From assembly GCA_003971905.1 (NCBI GenBank), contig RSEE01000011.1:868001-932000 (forward strand): a stretch of 64,000 nt of DNA, given 5' to 3'. The translations under genes and the position numbers were made by a program. Positions within the stretch are counted from its first letter, which is position 1. Each line of letters opens with the position of its first letter. A model generated the notes under the pieces. The model was not told where the DNA came from. It did not search any database and saw only the letters and a list, made by a program, of their open reading frames with translations. The DNA comes from Moniliella sp. 'wahieum'. Lineage: Eukaryota. Positions 10,132 to 24,643 of this stretch are shown here, piece after piece.

Positions 10132-12816
10132 TCACAAGTCATCCAACGAATCGTAGTCGTCCGTCAAAAACGGAGCGAGCATCTCGGTCTCAATCTCCGT
10201 CCCATCGGGCAACTGGATAGATCCTTGTGAGAGCGGGGCGCGCCGATTGCGACCCTGGTTCGTGCGGGCGGGTGCGGGAGGGAGGCGGAGGCGCGGGGCG
10301 GAAAGCCGGACCACCAAGGGTGGAAGCAGGCCTTGTCCTCCCCGACTGCGGGGCAGACGGCACGCGTGACGAGGACGCAGCGGATGGATCGGAGCCCGAG
10401 CCCGATCCCGAGCCAGGGATCGAGGCCTCGTGGGGGGGTGACTGGCGGGCGTAAGCTCGGTTCCCTAGATGGAGGTGTACGAGGGGATTGGGGCCTGCGG
10501 TCCAAGGAGCGGTCCAAGGGTCCGGGTTGAGCTTGCCGGTCAGCAGGTCCCATTGGCGGGTTAGGAGGGGACGCCGAAGCTGTGTCGTCCGGTGTGGCGG
10601 CGACGGTGGGGCGCGGCCGCTTGGGCGGGTGAGGACCGACGGATTCGTCAGACGGATCCGAGTCGTTGGATCGCTTTTGACCCTGCATAGTGGGCGTCAC
10701 GGTGGCTGCGATAGCTGTGCTGTAGGTCCCAGCGCAGGAGATGGACTGTGCGTTTGCATTGTGTCGAGGTCGGGCCGTGCGGCGTTGGTGGGAGCAGGAG
10801 GGCGAGGGACAGGCCACGGTTCAGCAGGGGAAGGCGCAGCCATAGGACCAGGGGGTGGCACCGTAAGTGGGGGCGGAGGTGGTGGGGGACCTTCTTCATC
10901 GCTGTCGTCCAGAGTCAGATCGATCACGCCGCTCGTCCCGCCACTTGGACGTGCTCTTGGAGCTTGTGAAGGTCGTGGGGGGGTGGAAATGGCAATCGCA
11001 CCTCCGGTCTCTTGGTCCATCTTGCCACTGGCAGGCCAGGCTCTGCTGGAACGACAGAAGCCGACGTGTTGGGCGGTTCGACTGCCGGGTGTTCATCCTC
11101 ATCTGAATCGTCTCCCACGGCAATTTCATCTCGGTTGGGCAAGTGCCACTGGCCATCGGGCTCGATAATTACACTGTCCACATTAGGATCCAGCTTCTCG
11201 ATAATCTCTTGGACATACTCGTCGACCCGGACATCGTCCCAGTCGATCACCTTGTTGCACACGGGGCATTGCCAGTTGGGCGAAGCCTCATTCGACCGCA
11301 AAAACGCGATAGGGTCAAAACATTGCGTGTGGGTGCACTTGTACGAACGGGCGGGCACTCTGAGGCGCTCAAGGCTCAGCTGGACAGCGCAAAGCGAGCA
11401 CACGTCAGACGCACGCATTCAAACATGGGGGGGGAAAGGACATACTGGACAAGTCAACGGCATTTCCACTGCTCCCATAATAACATCGTCGTCATCAGCG
11501 AGGGAGCGCATCAGTTTCAGCTCCTCTTCTTTGGGCAAGATTTTGGTTTTGAGAGTGGCGAGAATCTTGGCAGGGCGGATCACCTCGGCCCAAACAAGAC
11601 CTAAGTCGAATTCGGCCGCAGTGTATCGGTAGACAAACTCTGCATGATTGGTGCCGGGTTTGATGTGGCCTGTTACCACAGAAGACCCTATTGAAGGAGG
11701 AGCCAGCTTGGCCAGCTGAGGCATTCCAACTTGTCCTGGATGCTTCTTATTCCCCTTGAACGAGAAGGGAGTGCGGCGGTTATTGATTTGCAGTTCGGCA
11801 GTGGAGGGAAAAAGCACAGGTGCTTTGGTCTTGTTGTACTCGGCGTACAACAGCGAACGGTGCGGGGCAGAAACGAGGTAGATAACATGAGTCGGATTTT
11901 CGCCCATGATTTGGCGGACCATCGGCTGGGTCAAAATGAAATGGAACCGAGCCGTACGCGGCTCCTTAGCGGGGGGGCACCGGGCCACCGGCGCGAGGAA
12001 GCGCAGTGGCTTGAACAGAGGAAAGGGCTTGAAGGGCATGTCGGATAAATCAATATGCCAAGGCATCACGTGGGCGCCTGACTGTACGGGAATCGTCCGG
12101 CGAATGGGGCCAGGCGGGGGGGCGACGGCGGAGTGAACACGTGGGTTGTGTCAGGCACCTCACAACCTCTCACTGAGGTGGCTAGGGCACGGCTGGGATT
12201 TGGTGGCTGGGAGGGCCCGGTATTGGGTGGCCTAGTTCGGGTGGGATGGGAGGATGAAGACGAGTGTTTATAGAGACAATACCTAGGGCGATGTTGGTGG
12301 CGGTTGGGGAGACAGTGACTGGTTGTCCATGGCTTCGGGTAGAAGGATTTGGATGTAGCCCGGTGGTGGGTGGTAAGTGACGGTGACAGCCCTGTCAAAG
12401 GTCATTTGGACATCCACCATTTTGAGAAGGTACATCATCGCATTGTCGCCCGATGGCCCCATCTCTTCCAAGCGTTCAGTGACGTTGATGATGCGTCGGA
12501 TCAAGAGTGCCTTGCGACCATTATGGCTGATACGGTAGCCAAGGCTGTCGAGAGCGCGGATGACGGCTTGAAGCTGGGGGATGCGCAAACTGGTGAGAGT
12601 AGATTCCAGCGATACCAAGTGCTCGAATGGGAGGCTGCGAGGAGGTTTAGCGGGAACTTCGACGAGGGACCAGCCAGGGAAGGCGGGTCTGGGCGGAGCG
12701 GGTGCAGTGGGTGGTGGGTGCAGTGGGTGCAGTGGGTGCCGTGGGTGCTGTGCTGTGGGCGCAGCCGGGGTGGCAGGCGGGCGACCCGCTTGGGTGCCGC
12801 CACGGACGGCGCTCAT
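10132..12816 (-). CDS. SIZ1: Siz/PIAS-family E3 SUMO ligase (SAP-like, PINIT, SP-RING/MIZ)
   Basis: SP-RING: LTCP|LSLERLRVPARSYKCTHTQCFD...WQCPVCNK. PINIT-like FKPFPLFKP...FKGNKKHPG. SUMO-interacting motif VIDLTLDDSDEE. Several frameshifts. Confidence 0.9.
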
Positions 12817-13176
12817 GGGCTGATGGTGGTGGTGGAGGGCGAGGGGCCAAGGGCGGACGGACCGACGCGGCGCGCCACCAGACTGACAACCGCGTAGGAT
12901 TACCTGTCCGAAGAGATTGCAGTCCGTCAGCAGCCGTGGCATGGGCTCCATTCAAATGTTCATCCATCGAGTTCATCGATCATCTTCATCTCATTCCGCC
13001 CCGCCGGAACAGCACGTGACCCGCTTTGGCTGTGGCCGTTCCAATTTCGCGGTGCAAGTGGATTCCCCCCCTTGGATATTTTTTTGCTGTCCACGAGAGC
13101 CCACGCTCCACAGCCAACAGGCACGCGCACGCTGGCCATCCGTTCCCATCCCATCCGCCTTCATTTTCCACCCCCG

Positions 13177-16036
13177 ATGGACCATCCGCCCCCCCACTCG
13201 CCCACCCCGCCGCCGAGCCGTCGAAGCGCGTGCGCATCGGCTCTCCGGAGCCCGCGTCTCCGGCATCTCCAGCACCTCCTTCCGACCCCCAGGGCGGCGC
13301 CATGGCCGCTGCGCTCACCCGCCAGGCCGACAAGAAGGCTGTGCACGAACGGACGTGGGCGTGGAGGAATACCTCTCCTCCCAGCTCGCGCCGTTCCCGC
13401 TGTGATCAAGCAGCGTTTTCCGACTTTCAAGTGCGCGAGATCACCTTTGATGGGCAAATCTGTCGTCTGACAGCGGACGATCTGCTGCCCCCGCCCGGCC
13501 CGCTGCGCCAGCGCCTCGAGCGCGAACAGGCTGAGTTTCTGCATCCTGAACTGGTCCAGGAGCGCTGGCCAAGGAACAGGCCGAACGCGACGCTCGTCTT
13601 TCTGCTACCCAATCCTTCCTCCACCAACGGGCTTGGCCTGACGACGCACCGGCCCGCCTTGCCGCGGACGGGTGGAGCGAGCGGGAGATACAGCAGATCC
13701 ATGATCTTTGGCTTGCGGGGCCACTCAAACCGGGTCAAGGCCAAGGAGCGAATGGGGCGGGCGATCCGCCAAAAAAGGAAGAGGAAAGCACGACGACGGC
13801 CCCCTCGGCTGCTGCCGCGCCGGACGCACGGGGGAAACGCACCAACAAAGGCAAAATCAACGCAAACCCTCTGCTCCTGTCGATACGCGTGTCGTGCTCT
13901 GTCGCACGTACATGGACCGGGACATGCGTACTGCGGCGCATGCAACGATCCGGAGCCTGTTCCGAGAACACTTGACTTCGTCGGCCGTCACTGCGCAGCA
14001 AGCCAAGAAGTTGGATCCAGAGATGGAAGTGGAGGATGCGATTCTGAATGCGCCAGCGGACAATGGCAATGTGCCCCAACCATTTTTGACACTGCGATGG
14101 ACCAAGGGGAAAGTGGACAACCGTCGTGTCACCTCGTCTGACGAACTGGCAGCCAACCAAGCCCACCCGCCATTTATCACGTTTCTGCTGCAAAAGACCA
14201 ATCGGGAACTGTACGACGCAGCGGGCATCTTGACGCGCAACTTGGGCATGCAGCACAAGAGCGGTACAGTCACCCCTGCTCTCGCCTTTGCCGGGACGAA
14301 GGACAAGCGAGCGGTGACCACACAGGCCGTCACATTCAAACGGGGCAAGAAGACGGTAGAAGATGTGTACCTGGCGCTGAACCGGATTCTTGCACCGCAG
14401 CATTACCGTGCTGGCCAGGCCGGCCGCGACTCGGCGGGGCGACCGACGAGCCACAAGAGGAAAGGTACCGGTCCCTCGGACAATTGGGACAAGGATCGAA
14501 CGAGCTTGTTGGATGCCCTGACGCGGCGGGCGCCCAATGCGGTCCGGGTTGGCCGTTGGCCTATGTGCACCAAGAACTTCGACTTGGGTTTCTGCAAGGC
14601 AACGAGTTTGTCATTACGCTGCGCAATGTGAGCCGCGTCCAGCCAGGTGGACTGGGCGCCACTGCCGCGCTAATCCGACGATGCCAACGCGAGGCTGAGG
14701 CCGAGGCCGAACCACAACCGAGGTCGGGGTCGGAGGAGGAAGCGGCGGCGTCGGACCCCGAGTTGGAAGGGTTGGTGGCCCAAGCGATCCACGCTGGGAG
14801 AACAAGGGTGCATCAATTACTTTGGCTGCAGCGGTTTGGTACGACCAACGTTTCGACCCATGCGATTGGCGTGCTGATCTTCAAGGGCGACTACAAGGGC
14901 GTGGTGGATCTCATCATGGCCGACCGCATCACCGACAATCCTACCACCGCCCAGGCCCGCGCCGAGTACCGCGCGGGCAACTTGCAAAAAGCGTACTATG
15001 GTCTACCTCGCTCGTACGTGGGCGAGCGGGCGATCGTAGGACGCATGATTGACAATGAGCGCGCGGACGGGAGCACGATTGGTTCTTGATCCTCCAGGGC
15101 GTCGCGCGCAATTTGCGCATCATGTACTGCCATGCGTACCAGTCGTACGTGTGGAACAAGTGCGTCTCCGCTCGTCTGCGACGGGGGCGCAAAGTGATGG
15201 TCGGGGACTACGTCTTGGCTGATAAGCACGCGTCCTTGTCTGAGGAGGATGTCGATGGGGGCGACGCTGCTGCCGATGACGAGGAGGAGGGGGGGGGACG
15301 GGGGGAACCAACAGAATCCGACCCAGTCAATCCCAATGCCAAGAAAACCGACCGTCCCTCACTCCCGGCAGTCAAGGTGTTGACAGAGCAAGATGACCTG
15401 TCGCAATACACGCTGGCGGACGTGGTGATGCCCATGCCCGGGAGCGAGGTGCGGATCCCGGAGGATACGTGGCTAGGCCAAGAACTGGGACGGATTTACG
15501 CGTCGGATGGGCTGTCGCAACAGAGCATGTACTCGTCCGATTGGAAAGAGTACCGTATGCGTGGTGTGTACCGCCACATGGTCACTCGACCTCGCAACGT
15601 GCGCGCCAAACTCATTCGCTACACCGATCCCGAAGTCGACTTGACCGTCTCGGACGAAGATGCGGCGCTGGCACAGTTATGGCAGGACGGGCTCAGGGGC
15701 CCGTCCAACCCCCCCATTGACCCCACGACAGCCGCTGCGTTGGCGCCGCCGCCGCTGGGCCAAGCCGAGCTGGTCACAGAGGGTCAAGGGCCCTTCTTGG
15801 CGTTGCAGCTGGTGTTTGAGCTGCCCGTGTCGACGTATGCGACCATGGTGCTGCGAGAGGTGCTCAAGTCGGACACATCGCCCGAAGTGCAGCGCTTGCT
15901 CACGCTCAGCGGCGCCGATCGCAAGTATCGTGGGATGGGCCAGGATGCCCACCTCAAGGACGAGTCGGACAAGGACCCAGAACAGGGTGCCACACAACTT
16001 TCTACCGAGCCTCCCCGCCTGAAAGCGAGCCGCTAG
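13177..16036 (+). CDS. PUS7: TruD-family pseudouridine synthase Pus7
   Basis: Motifs FSDFQVREI, FAGTKDKRAVTTQ (catalytic Asp), GNEFVITLRNV, LQRFGT, MYCHAYQSYVWN, FELPVSTYATMVLRE, pieced across frameshifts. Confidence 0.93.
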
Positions 16037-16235
16037 CATCTTAATTGACGGAACCTCATCGTTCCTGCCCCGACCTGTCTCTCGTATCTCACCTATACAG
16101 CCATGGTCAAGCTTTAGGGAGCATAGAGAGCTGAAAGACTAGATTTCCTGGACCAAAACAAACCAACATCACTGCATGACCGTGCATGACACTCACCCTC
16201 AGTAGATTGGCCAAGGATCATAATGACCTCCGCGA

Positions 16236-18072
16236 TTAACGCATGTCCCATAGCTTTACGCTGGCATCCCGGGCGAGCACCCTACTCCATTCGCCAGCTT
16301 CTGCATCCGAGTCGGAGGAGATGGCAGAAGGCGATGTGTCTGACGAGGAAGAGGAGAGAAGGTGCAGCTGGAGGCGATTTGGCACAGGCGGACAACAGGG
16401 AAGGAGGAGTGGAGTTAGGGGGAGTACCTGCGCCCGGAGTGGGTTGCGGAGTTGAGACGAGGCACTGCTGTCGTCCGAATCGCTGTCCGAAGACTCGGAT
16501 GAAAGGGAGGGGAAGTGACGGGAGCCTGCGGTAGTCAGCAGCATGGGGTAGTAAGGGTGGAACGCACAGGATGAGACCACATCTGCACAGGCAAGTACAC
16601 AAAGAAGAAGAAGAAAAGAAAAAGAAAAAAGAAAACAGGAGTGAGAAGCCTAGGGCTGCAAACGGGAAAAAGGGGTCGGAGACGAACCGTTGTGAGCACG
16701 GAAAGAAACCGTTGGCGAGCGGAGGAGCCCGAGAGAGCGGTCCAACAGTGTATCTTCCGACACGTCATAGAGATGCACCACCCCATCGTCCTTGGCTCCC
16801 GAAGCCAGCAAGGTACTTTGGTTGTCGACAGAGAACATAATTCGTTGGTTGGTTGCATACTTTTCGGGAACAAGGTCGGGCGGCTGAAGCACAGCAACCA
16901 AAGCCGCGGCGGGAGCTGCGCGATGTAAAGTCGAGTGGGTTCTGTTGGACCATACTTCGAACGCGGGACGTATAGGCCGGTCCCGAGAGAGAGGGGTACG
17001 CGCAGCAACGGCCGGCGCAGCATGGCGTGGGATGTACCGCAAATCGTACACCAAGATGCGCCCTGGAAAGCGGCGTTGGGAAACCGCCATGAGGTACGGG
17101 CAGCCAGGAAGAAGAGTGATTTGCGAAACGGCCTCGGGGGGTTCGGTACGCCCCGCACCGTTGGAGTGGGACGTGGGCAGACCAACCCTCCACCCTGCGA
17201 CACAAGCGTTCAACCCGAGCAATTCGACTTGCTGCGTCCGTTGGGGGTCCCACTCGCTCCGACTGCCAAACCCTGCCAACAAACAGAGACACGCAGTGTC
17301 GTACAGCCCGATGGACCCATCGGATGTGCCGATCGCAAGCAGCTCTGACGACTCGTCATCCAAGCCCTGGGGGATCAACGTGAGGCAAGTCACAATTCCC
17401 CTCTGTCCGAGGGGGCCCCTTGTGCGTGCCAAGGACGGAGCCTGGGACCGAATGCGCTGCAGGGCAGCATGGCCAGCGCGCAGTCCAAGTGGCACCCGCG
17501 CTGCTACGCACGTGGTTGGGTGGGTTACGTCCACCAGCGCGAGCGTGGCATTGTCCAGGCCGGCGTACAAGACGGCCATAGGCCCAGGCACGCCCTGAGC
17601 AGCAGGCGGGGCAGGGACAATCAGCGCACTGTACGCCGCAAGCAGCGTTTCGGTGTGGCTCGGCACCGCATAGGCGTACCTGGTCTGGCCCGAGTGGGCA
17701 TCGACCAGGCGCAAGGGCGTGTCACGGGCGGAGAGGAGCAGCATCCAGGATGCCTCGTCCGAGGCGCCGCCATAGGCAAAGGGATACCACTGGGTGGTGA
17801 GCAGCGGCGATGGGCTGGCGATCTCCATCGTCAGATCCAAGGACAGAGACGTGTGGCCGTCGGCCTGGCCGACGCGGTACACACATACTCGATGGTCGTC
17901 GCGCTGGAGGAGGAGGTGGGAGCCGCCGTCGGGCGACCAGGCGGCGGCGCGGGGGAAGCGCACGTGGCACTGGTACGGCTGGTGGACAGAGGCGAGGGGT
18001 GGGGAGGGTGTCTGTGCTGGCGGCGGCGCGCACGGCGGTGAGGGCAAGGGCAGTGGGGAGAGGGGCCGGCAT
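16236..18072 (-). CDS. WDR79: WD40 protein, TCAB1/WRAP53/WDR79 (Swt21) family
   Basis: Motifs WSPDG, QWYPF, SARDTPLRLVDAHSGQTRYAY, TNQRIMFSVD, SCAFHPYYPMLLTTAGSRHF. Intron near 16590-16680. Confidence 0.8.
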
Positions 18073-18553
18073 GGCGAGGAGCTAATAGGGCGGCGGCTTC
18101 GGACGCAGTCGTCTGGACTGGACTGGCGAGGAATATGTTGGGCAACATTTCAACTGGGCGGGTGCGTGTCTGGAGTCGAGTGATGGGCCGCAGGCAGTAC
18201 GCCGCAGTCGCAGACAAGCGCGCCCCAGAGCGTCTCCCCCTTGGCCCCACTGGGCCCCAGCCGCCCAGCCAGCCAGCCAGCCCAGGTGTTCTGCTCTGGC
18301 TGCCCCCCCCCCACCACCTCCGCCGCCTCCTTGACGGCCACCGCCCCGCCCGCGGTGCCCGACACTCGTTTCCCCACTCCCACTCCCCCACCTCTCCTCA
18401 CCCGCCGGGCCCGGCTGCCTGGGTGTCTGTCCGCACGTCGCAGCGCAACCCTGTCGCCAGGTCATGCAAGTGCTTTGAGGCTGCTGCTTGCCCTGCCTGC
18501 CCTGCTGTTTCGTCTTGCCTCCCCTGCCTCCCCTCTTTGCATTCTGCTGCGCC

Positions 18554-20229
18554 ATGGGCATCCTGTGCTGCAAGCCCGACCCCGTCAACTACGATGGCCC
18601 TGTCGACCTCTACCACTTCAACCTCCTCCGCGCCGTTGGCCGCGGCGCCTTTGGCAAGGTCCGCGTTGTCCAACACAAGCAGACCAAGGCACGTACGCTT
18701 TCCTTCGCCTACCCCCTCAATGCACCACTGACCCCTCTCCCCTTATCCTCGCTTGTCCTACTCCACAGAACCTGTACGCGCTCAAGTACATCAACAAAGC
18801 CAAGTGCATCAAGATGCACGCTGTCTCCAACGTCATCCAGGAACGCATGCTGGAGGAGATCGAAAGCCCCTTTATCTGCAACTTGCGTGTACGTATTCTT
18901 TTTTCTTTCGTTCTGCACGAGCAGGCAGGTCTCTGACCCGATCTTCGTTCCTACTTTTTTTTTCCCCTCCCACCTCCCAGTATGCATTCCAAGATGACGA
19001 GAATCTCTTTATGGTGCTGGACCTAATGCTTGGTGGTGACCTGCGCTTCCACCTTGACCGGAATGGCAACATGCGCGAAGATATCGTCCGCTTCTATGTT
19101 GCCGAGCTGTCCCTTGCACTGGACTATCTGCACGGCATGCAAATTGTGCATCGTGATCTCAAGCCCGACAATGTCTTGCTGGATGACCGGGGGCATGTAG
19201 CTTTGACCGACTTTAACATTGCTGTGCACTACTCTTCCCGCCGGATGCTCACCTCGGTCGCTGGGAGCATGGCGTACATGGCGCCGGAAGTGCTGGCCAA
19301 ACGCGGCTACCTTTCTGCAGTCGATTGGTGGTCGTTAGGGGTGATGGTGTATGAGATGTTGTTTGGTCATCGACCCTTCAAGGGCAAAACCAATTCGTCC
19401 CTCACCAACGCGATCTTGCACGCTCGGTATGTCTTCCCGGACAACATCTCCGAAATTGTCTCTCCTGAAGCCGTGTCGTTCGTCAAGGCCTGCCTTGAAC
19501 GCGACCCGGCCAAACGGCTAGGCGCAGGCGGCCTCGCCGAGCTTCAGGCGCACCCTTGGTTTTCCGGTATGGACTGGACCGCCATTGCCAAGAAAGAAGT
19601 GACACCACCTTTTCAGCCTGACGTACGTCGTTCCCTCCTGCGCTCTGTCCTCGTGTTCTTGCTTGGTGTACTGACCTACCCACCCGCCTTGGCCCACAGA
19701 ACAAGCGGGCCAACTTTGATGCGTCCCACGAGCTGGAAGAACTGTTGCTGGAAGAAAACCCACTCAAGGCGCGTCGAAGAAAAGAAGATGTCGACCTGGA
19801 CTCCTTGTCGCCCGAGATGCGGTACATGGAAGAACACTTTTTGCCCTTTGACCATCTCAAGCAACGTCGCAAATCCTATTCCCCAGCTCGGACATGAGCC
19901 GCGCCAATAGCTCCCAAGTCGACCAACCTTTGGGCGAAACAACTCCGATGACCATTTGCCTCTGCCTCGCCACCGGGGCAAATGAGCCTTGGTGCGCCCC
20001 CGGCAACAGGAATGAGCTCGGTACTGCAAACCCCTAGAACGGGCAAAACTAAGCGGACCTACTACTACCCGCTTCGACCGCCTCGCGTCCCGCCTCCCAG
20101 CTCCTTCCCATTCTCCCGCCCAGGCCTCCTTGCCCGACCAGCAGGCGGGTCGAGCGCGGTTGCAGGGCAATGGCCGGCGTCGGTGCCGGTGCTGTCCAGC
20201 AAGGTCTGCTGGGGAAGACGGTGTGGTAG
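18554..20229 (+). CDS. AGC-group Ser/Thr kinase, YANK/STK32 family
   Basis: N-terminus MGILCCK, then VGRGAFGKV, YALKYINK, DLMLGGDLRFHL, HRDLKPDN, TDFNIA (the DFN variant typical of YANK), YMAPE. Three introns. The 3' end beyond about 19900 is uncertain. Confidence 0.88.
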
Positions 20230-22167
20230 GGGCGTATGCGAGTGCAGTGGCGAGGTAAGCGTGGTGGGTTGCGTGGTGGGTGTGTTGGTCGCAAGGTGTA
20301 GACTGCCACCACCCTGTCTTGTCTCTTTTGCATACTGAGGCTCCCGATCGATCGTTCTCTCGTGACACCGTGCTACTTGCTCGCCTTGTCCGCGTCCCCC
20401 CACCCTCTCGTTGGCTGTGCTATCTGGTTGGAGGTCTGGGGGACCTGAGGCTGGAGGTTGGATTTGAACTCAATGTCCAGACCCCAGTTCCAGGTCTCTT
20501 GGTTCGATCACGCGCCGTGATGGGCACACCTACATCTCAAGATGGGTGGCCAAAACATACGATACCCTGGTCTGACAGACACTTGTGCTCTGCTCTCCCT
20601 CTCTGGTCGACGCCTTTCTCTTCTTCTTTCTCATGCTCTCATCTCCCGTCCGCGTCAGTGCCAGGTCGATTAGCGCTTAGATCTTAGACCCTTTCCCTCT
20701 CATGTCACATGTCCATGTCATTGTCCTGTCGAATGGGAAGGCTGGGAACTAGAAGCTTGAAGCTTGAAGTTTGAAGTTGAAGCGAGACTGCTGGACCGAC
20801 ACTGGTGACGCGGTGACGGGAGTTGCTGCTTAAAGAGCTTAAAGCCGCTTGCAACTCGCCCACACTGGCGATACTTGTCACGGGCGGGCGCCGCCAGGGG
20901 GCCCGCCCCGGGGTTTTTGGGGTACAATCCCTGAGGCGACGGTAGGTCGACTCACGGTAGTTTCGCGCTTGGGCTGGTTGGTGTATCCGAGCGGAGCTAG
21001 GGACGAGGAGAGGCGGGCGGCTGCACGTGTGGCAAGGCTACGTCACCGGCTTGGGCCGGTAGGTCCGTAGTAACGTGTCTGAAGCCTCCGGGACTTGGGG
21101 ACGGGAGGAGGCAGAGGGGGACAAACACTTCCTCAAATGAGACTGGGAATCGACGCGACCAAAGGAGGGCTCGCGCGACTGGACTGACGAAGGGCTGGAG
21201 GACGAGGTCGGAGGAGATGTCGGACGCTAACAAGAGGAGCTGCCTGTACTGGATCAATTGGCTGGAAAACGGGCAGGGGTCGGACAGGATAGGCGGGAAA
21301 GGACGAGAGGATGACGAGAGGATGACGAGAGGATGACGACAGTGGAGACGAGAATGGAAGGTGGGGGAAAAGATCCCCATCAACCAGGGGTAGGTACAGG
21401 TAGGATCGCGGGGGCGACTATTGCCGCGCGGATGCATGGCCCTTCGGCCACGATGCTTAATTTAGCCAAACATCATCACACTTGGTTGGCCTGCTGAGCA
21501 CGCTCTACTGGGCATGTGCGGAGCAGGCGGGCCTTAGCTTCGGCCGGACCATCTCGAGTCGGCCGCAGCCCGTGACACACATGCTCCATTCCACTCCTCC
21601 TTCAGCAAAGGTAGTGGCGAGACGAGCTGAAAGCCACGCCGAGGGGTGGCCAGAGCAGGTGTGGGATGGGTCGGGGCGGAGTGCATACTGACCGTGACCA
21701 GTTGACAGATCAAATGCAGGGTGAGAGATTGCGACTGGGCTGCGCTGAGCATCTGCGATCTGACATGCATCTGCCACCAACTACCCTCCCGACGCTCGCC
21801 GAGGCGCGAGGGCTGCTGTTCGGGTCCAGACGCTGGGACGGAGCGAGGGACGAGTGACGTAACGATGGTACGGCCGGCTGCGGCAGAGGCCAGCGGCCAC
21901 CTGCCGCGGGTTCGCAACGGATGGGAGGCGCGCGGGCAGCAGCCCCCGGCAGCGCGCCCCACGCAGCGCAAGGCTGCCGCCGTGCCGCGGTGCTCAGCGC
22001 AGCCGCGAACGCTTCACGACCAGCTGGAAGCAGCATTGATGGGTCACGTGCCTCCCACCCAGGCTGAGTTTTATGGCATGCTGCTTACGGCGCATCTGCC
22101 CTTGTCTCCTGCGCCTTCCACCCCCTGCTCCCGCCCTCGCTCCCTCCCCATCACTCCCACCCCCTCC

Positions 22168-24529
22168 ATGGCGCCCACCCACACCGCCACCGCCGGGCCC
22201 ACGTCCGTCCACCCGCTCTCCAACCATGCCACCGGCAGCGCCGACCTCTTGCCTGGCCCCGACCCGGGCCCAGCCCAGCTGCAGCTCGTCACAAGCCGCA
22301 GCGAAGGCAACCTGTGGGGCGTCCACCCTGCCGCCGCTCCCTCCTGTCCTCCTCTTCTTCCTCCCTCCTCCTCCACCCCGACCCCCATGCGCGCGCCTTC
22401 CCGTACCGGCCCCTCACACCCGAGCAGCGCGACAAGTACGACACATGCCTCGCCTACTTTACCAGCACCGAAGTCTACCCCCAACAGCTCCCCGGCAAAG
22501 GCAAGGCCCCGCTCCCCCTGGCGCCACTGACCGACGTGGAGAAGATGCGGCTGATGACGCGCGAAAGTATCCTGCGCTACCTGCGTGCGACCAAGTGGGA
22601 CGTGGAGCAGGCCAAGAAACGGTTGACTGAAACGATTGCCTGGCGGCGCGAGTTTGGTGCCGATGCGATTTCGGCCGCCTATGTCGAACCAGAGGCCAAG
22701 TCGGGCAAGGAGACCGTTCTTGGCTTCGACCGACATGGTCGGCCCTTGCACTACATGCACCCCCACCGCAGCGATACCCCCGAAACCGAACGACAGATGA
22801 AGTATGCGGTGTGGATCTTGGATGCGTGCATTGACTTGATGCCGCCCGGGTGGAACAGTTAGCGCTGCTGATCAACTTTGAGAACAAGTCGCGCAACCCC
22901 ACCTCAATTTCCAATGCCAAGCTCATGCTCTACATTCTCCAGAACCACTACGTCGAACGATTGGGCGTTGCAATGTGCATCAATGGTGCGTCCTGGTCTC
23001 CCTCTTTCTCGGTGCTGGCCTATCGATCGACGTACCAACCTTCTAACCTCCTTGTTCCTTTTCACTACCCTCTGGCAGTCCCGTGGATCTTCAAACTCTT
23101 TTGGAACGCCATCCAGTCGTTTATCGACCCCAATACCAAATCCAAGTGCATGTTTGACGAGGCAATTATGGGCGAAGTAGTTGCTTCGCAATTGCTGGGG
23201 GACTTGTACGTGCTCTTCCTTTCTTGCCTCTACACTCATACCCATTTCCCCCCCCCCCCCTCCTTTGCTCTGCAACTATGCTGACCAATCACTGATTCCT
23301 ATGTTTCTCTCTACGCAGCGGGGGCGACCTTGACCCTTTTATCACCACAGCACGTACTGGCCCGCCCTGCTGCACACCCTGACCGAACGCAAAAAAGAAA
23401 TGATGCACCGTTTCTTAACCGTGTGGGGGCAAAGTGGGTGCGTCCGAGTACATCATTCGAGGGGGCGAGGATGCTTGGCCTGGATCGGCGCCAGCTCGCC
23501 CGCCCGATGTGCCGCGGCACGTCCCCAACCCGCACCCGGACCTCGCCCGGCCCAGCTTATCTTCCATCTCTCTTCCACACGGGATTCAGTCGTGGTCGAC
23601 ACCCCGTCCAAGGGCAACACTCCTTCCTCCTCGATCCCTCCTGCATCTGTCCCTGAACCTGCCCCTACACCTGCTCCTGCCCCTGCCGCAGCGGAACCAC
23701 CAGCCCCGGCTCAACCTCCCATCTTGTCTGTGGAAGACGATGGGGACAACGATTTGGAGCGGTACGTGTCAGCTCGGACCGACCTAGAGCCCGTGACGCG
23801 TGGACAGCCACTGGTGGCCTCGCCAGGCAACGAGATGGACCATCTGGACTTTTCCACGCCCGGGGAGACATCCGGGGCGACGCCGGTCGCGTCTCGTTCC
23901 AAGAATTGTCCGACGCGCCCCTGGGACCAAGGCAACCGGCCTTGCGCCGCCCGAGAGCAGGATAGCTCGGTCGGGGAGCCAGCGGTCCATGGGATCCAGC
24001 GATACCCGCGCGGTCCGGCTCGTCCGTGAGCAAGCCTGTTGTCTCTACTCTGAAAGACACGCGCGACACGGCTTCGTGCCGCACGTCCAAGTCTCGCTCG
24101 GGGACACGTTCCGTGGCAGCTTGCAAGGTCTCGTTCGCCATGGCTCGCATTTACTTCACCATCCGCGTGCGCCGCGCAATTCCACGTCGGGTGCGCCGGC
24201 CGGCGGGGGGGAAGGAAACGTCATCGCGCGCCTCACTTCGCTCGCGTGGGTCCTTGTCCCCTAACGAGCAGGAAGCGGCGGCTGCAGCTGCAGCTGCAGC
24301 TACGCCGGCCTCGCCATCGCTAGGCCATTCGCATTCGCGTCGCTCCTTCTCCCCTGGCCGGCATCGTCTGAGCCGGATGCTGCGCAGGCGGACCGGTTCG
24401 CACGATACGCCTTCGTCTGAAGAGCATGGTCAGCACACTGCCCACGCGCTCGCGATGGCCCCTTCGCGTTCCGACTCGGCGTCAGAATCACGATCCGGAT
24501 CGGGGGGTCGGGGTCGGAACCGAGACTGA
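22168..24529 (+). CDS. PDR16: Sec14/CRAL-TRIO lipid transfer protein (Pdr16/Sfh3-like) with long low-complexity tail
   Basis: Motifs TRESILRYLRATKW, RLTETIAWRREFG, GKETVLGFDRHGRP, ILQNHYVERLG, FIDPNTKSK. Two introns and several frameshifts. May continue into the MoaD domain. Confidence 0.88.
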
Positions 24530-24643
24530 CGCATCCCAAACGGAGCGAGTCGGACGATTTGGTCGCGCATGCGGCGGCGGTGCGGGCCAAGGAACCCGAG
24601 GAGCGGAAAGCGCGCGCGACGCACGATGCGCTGACCAAGTTGG

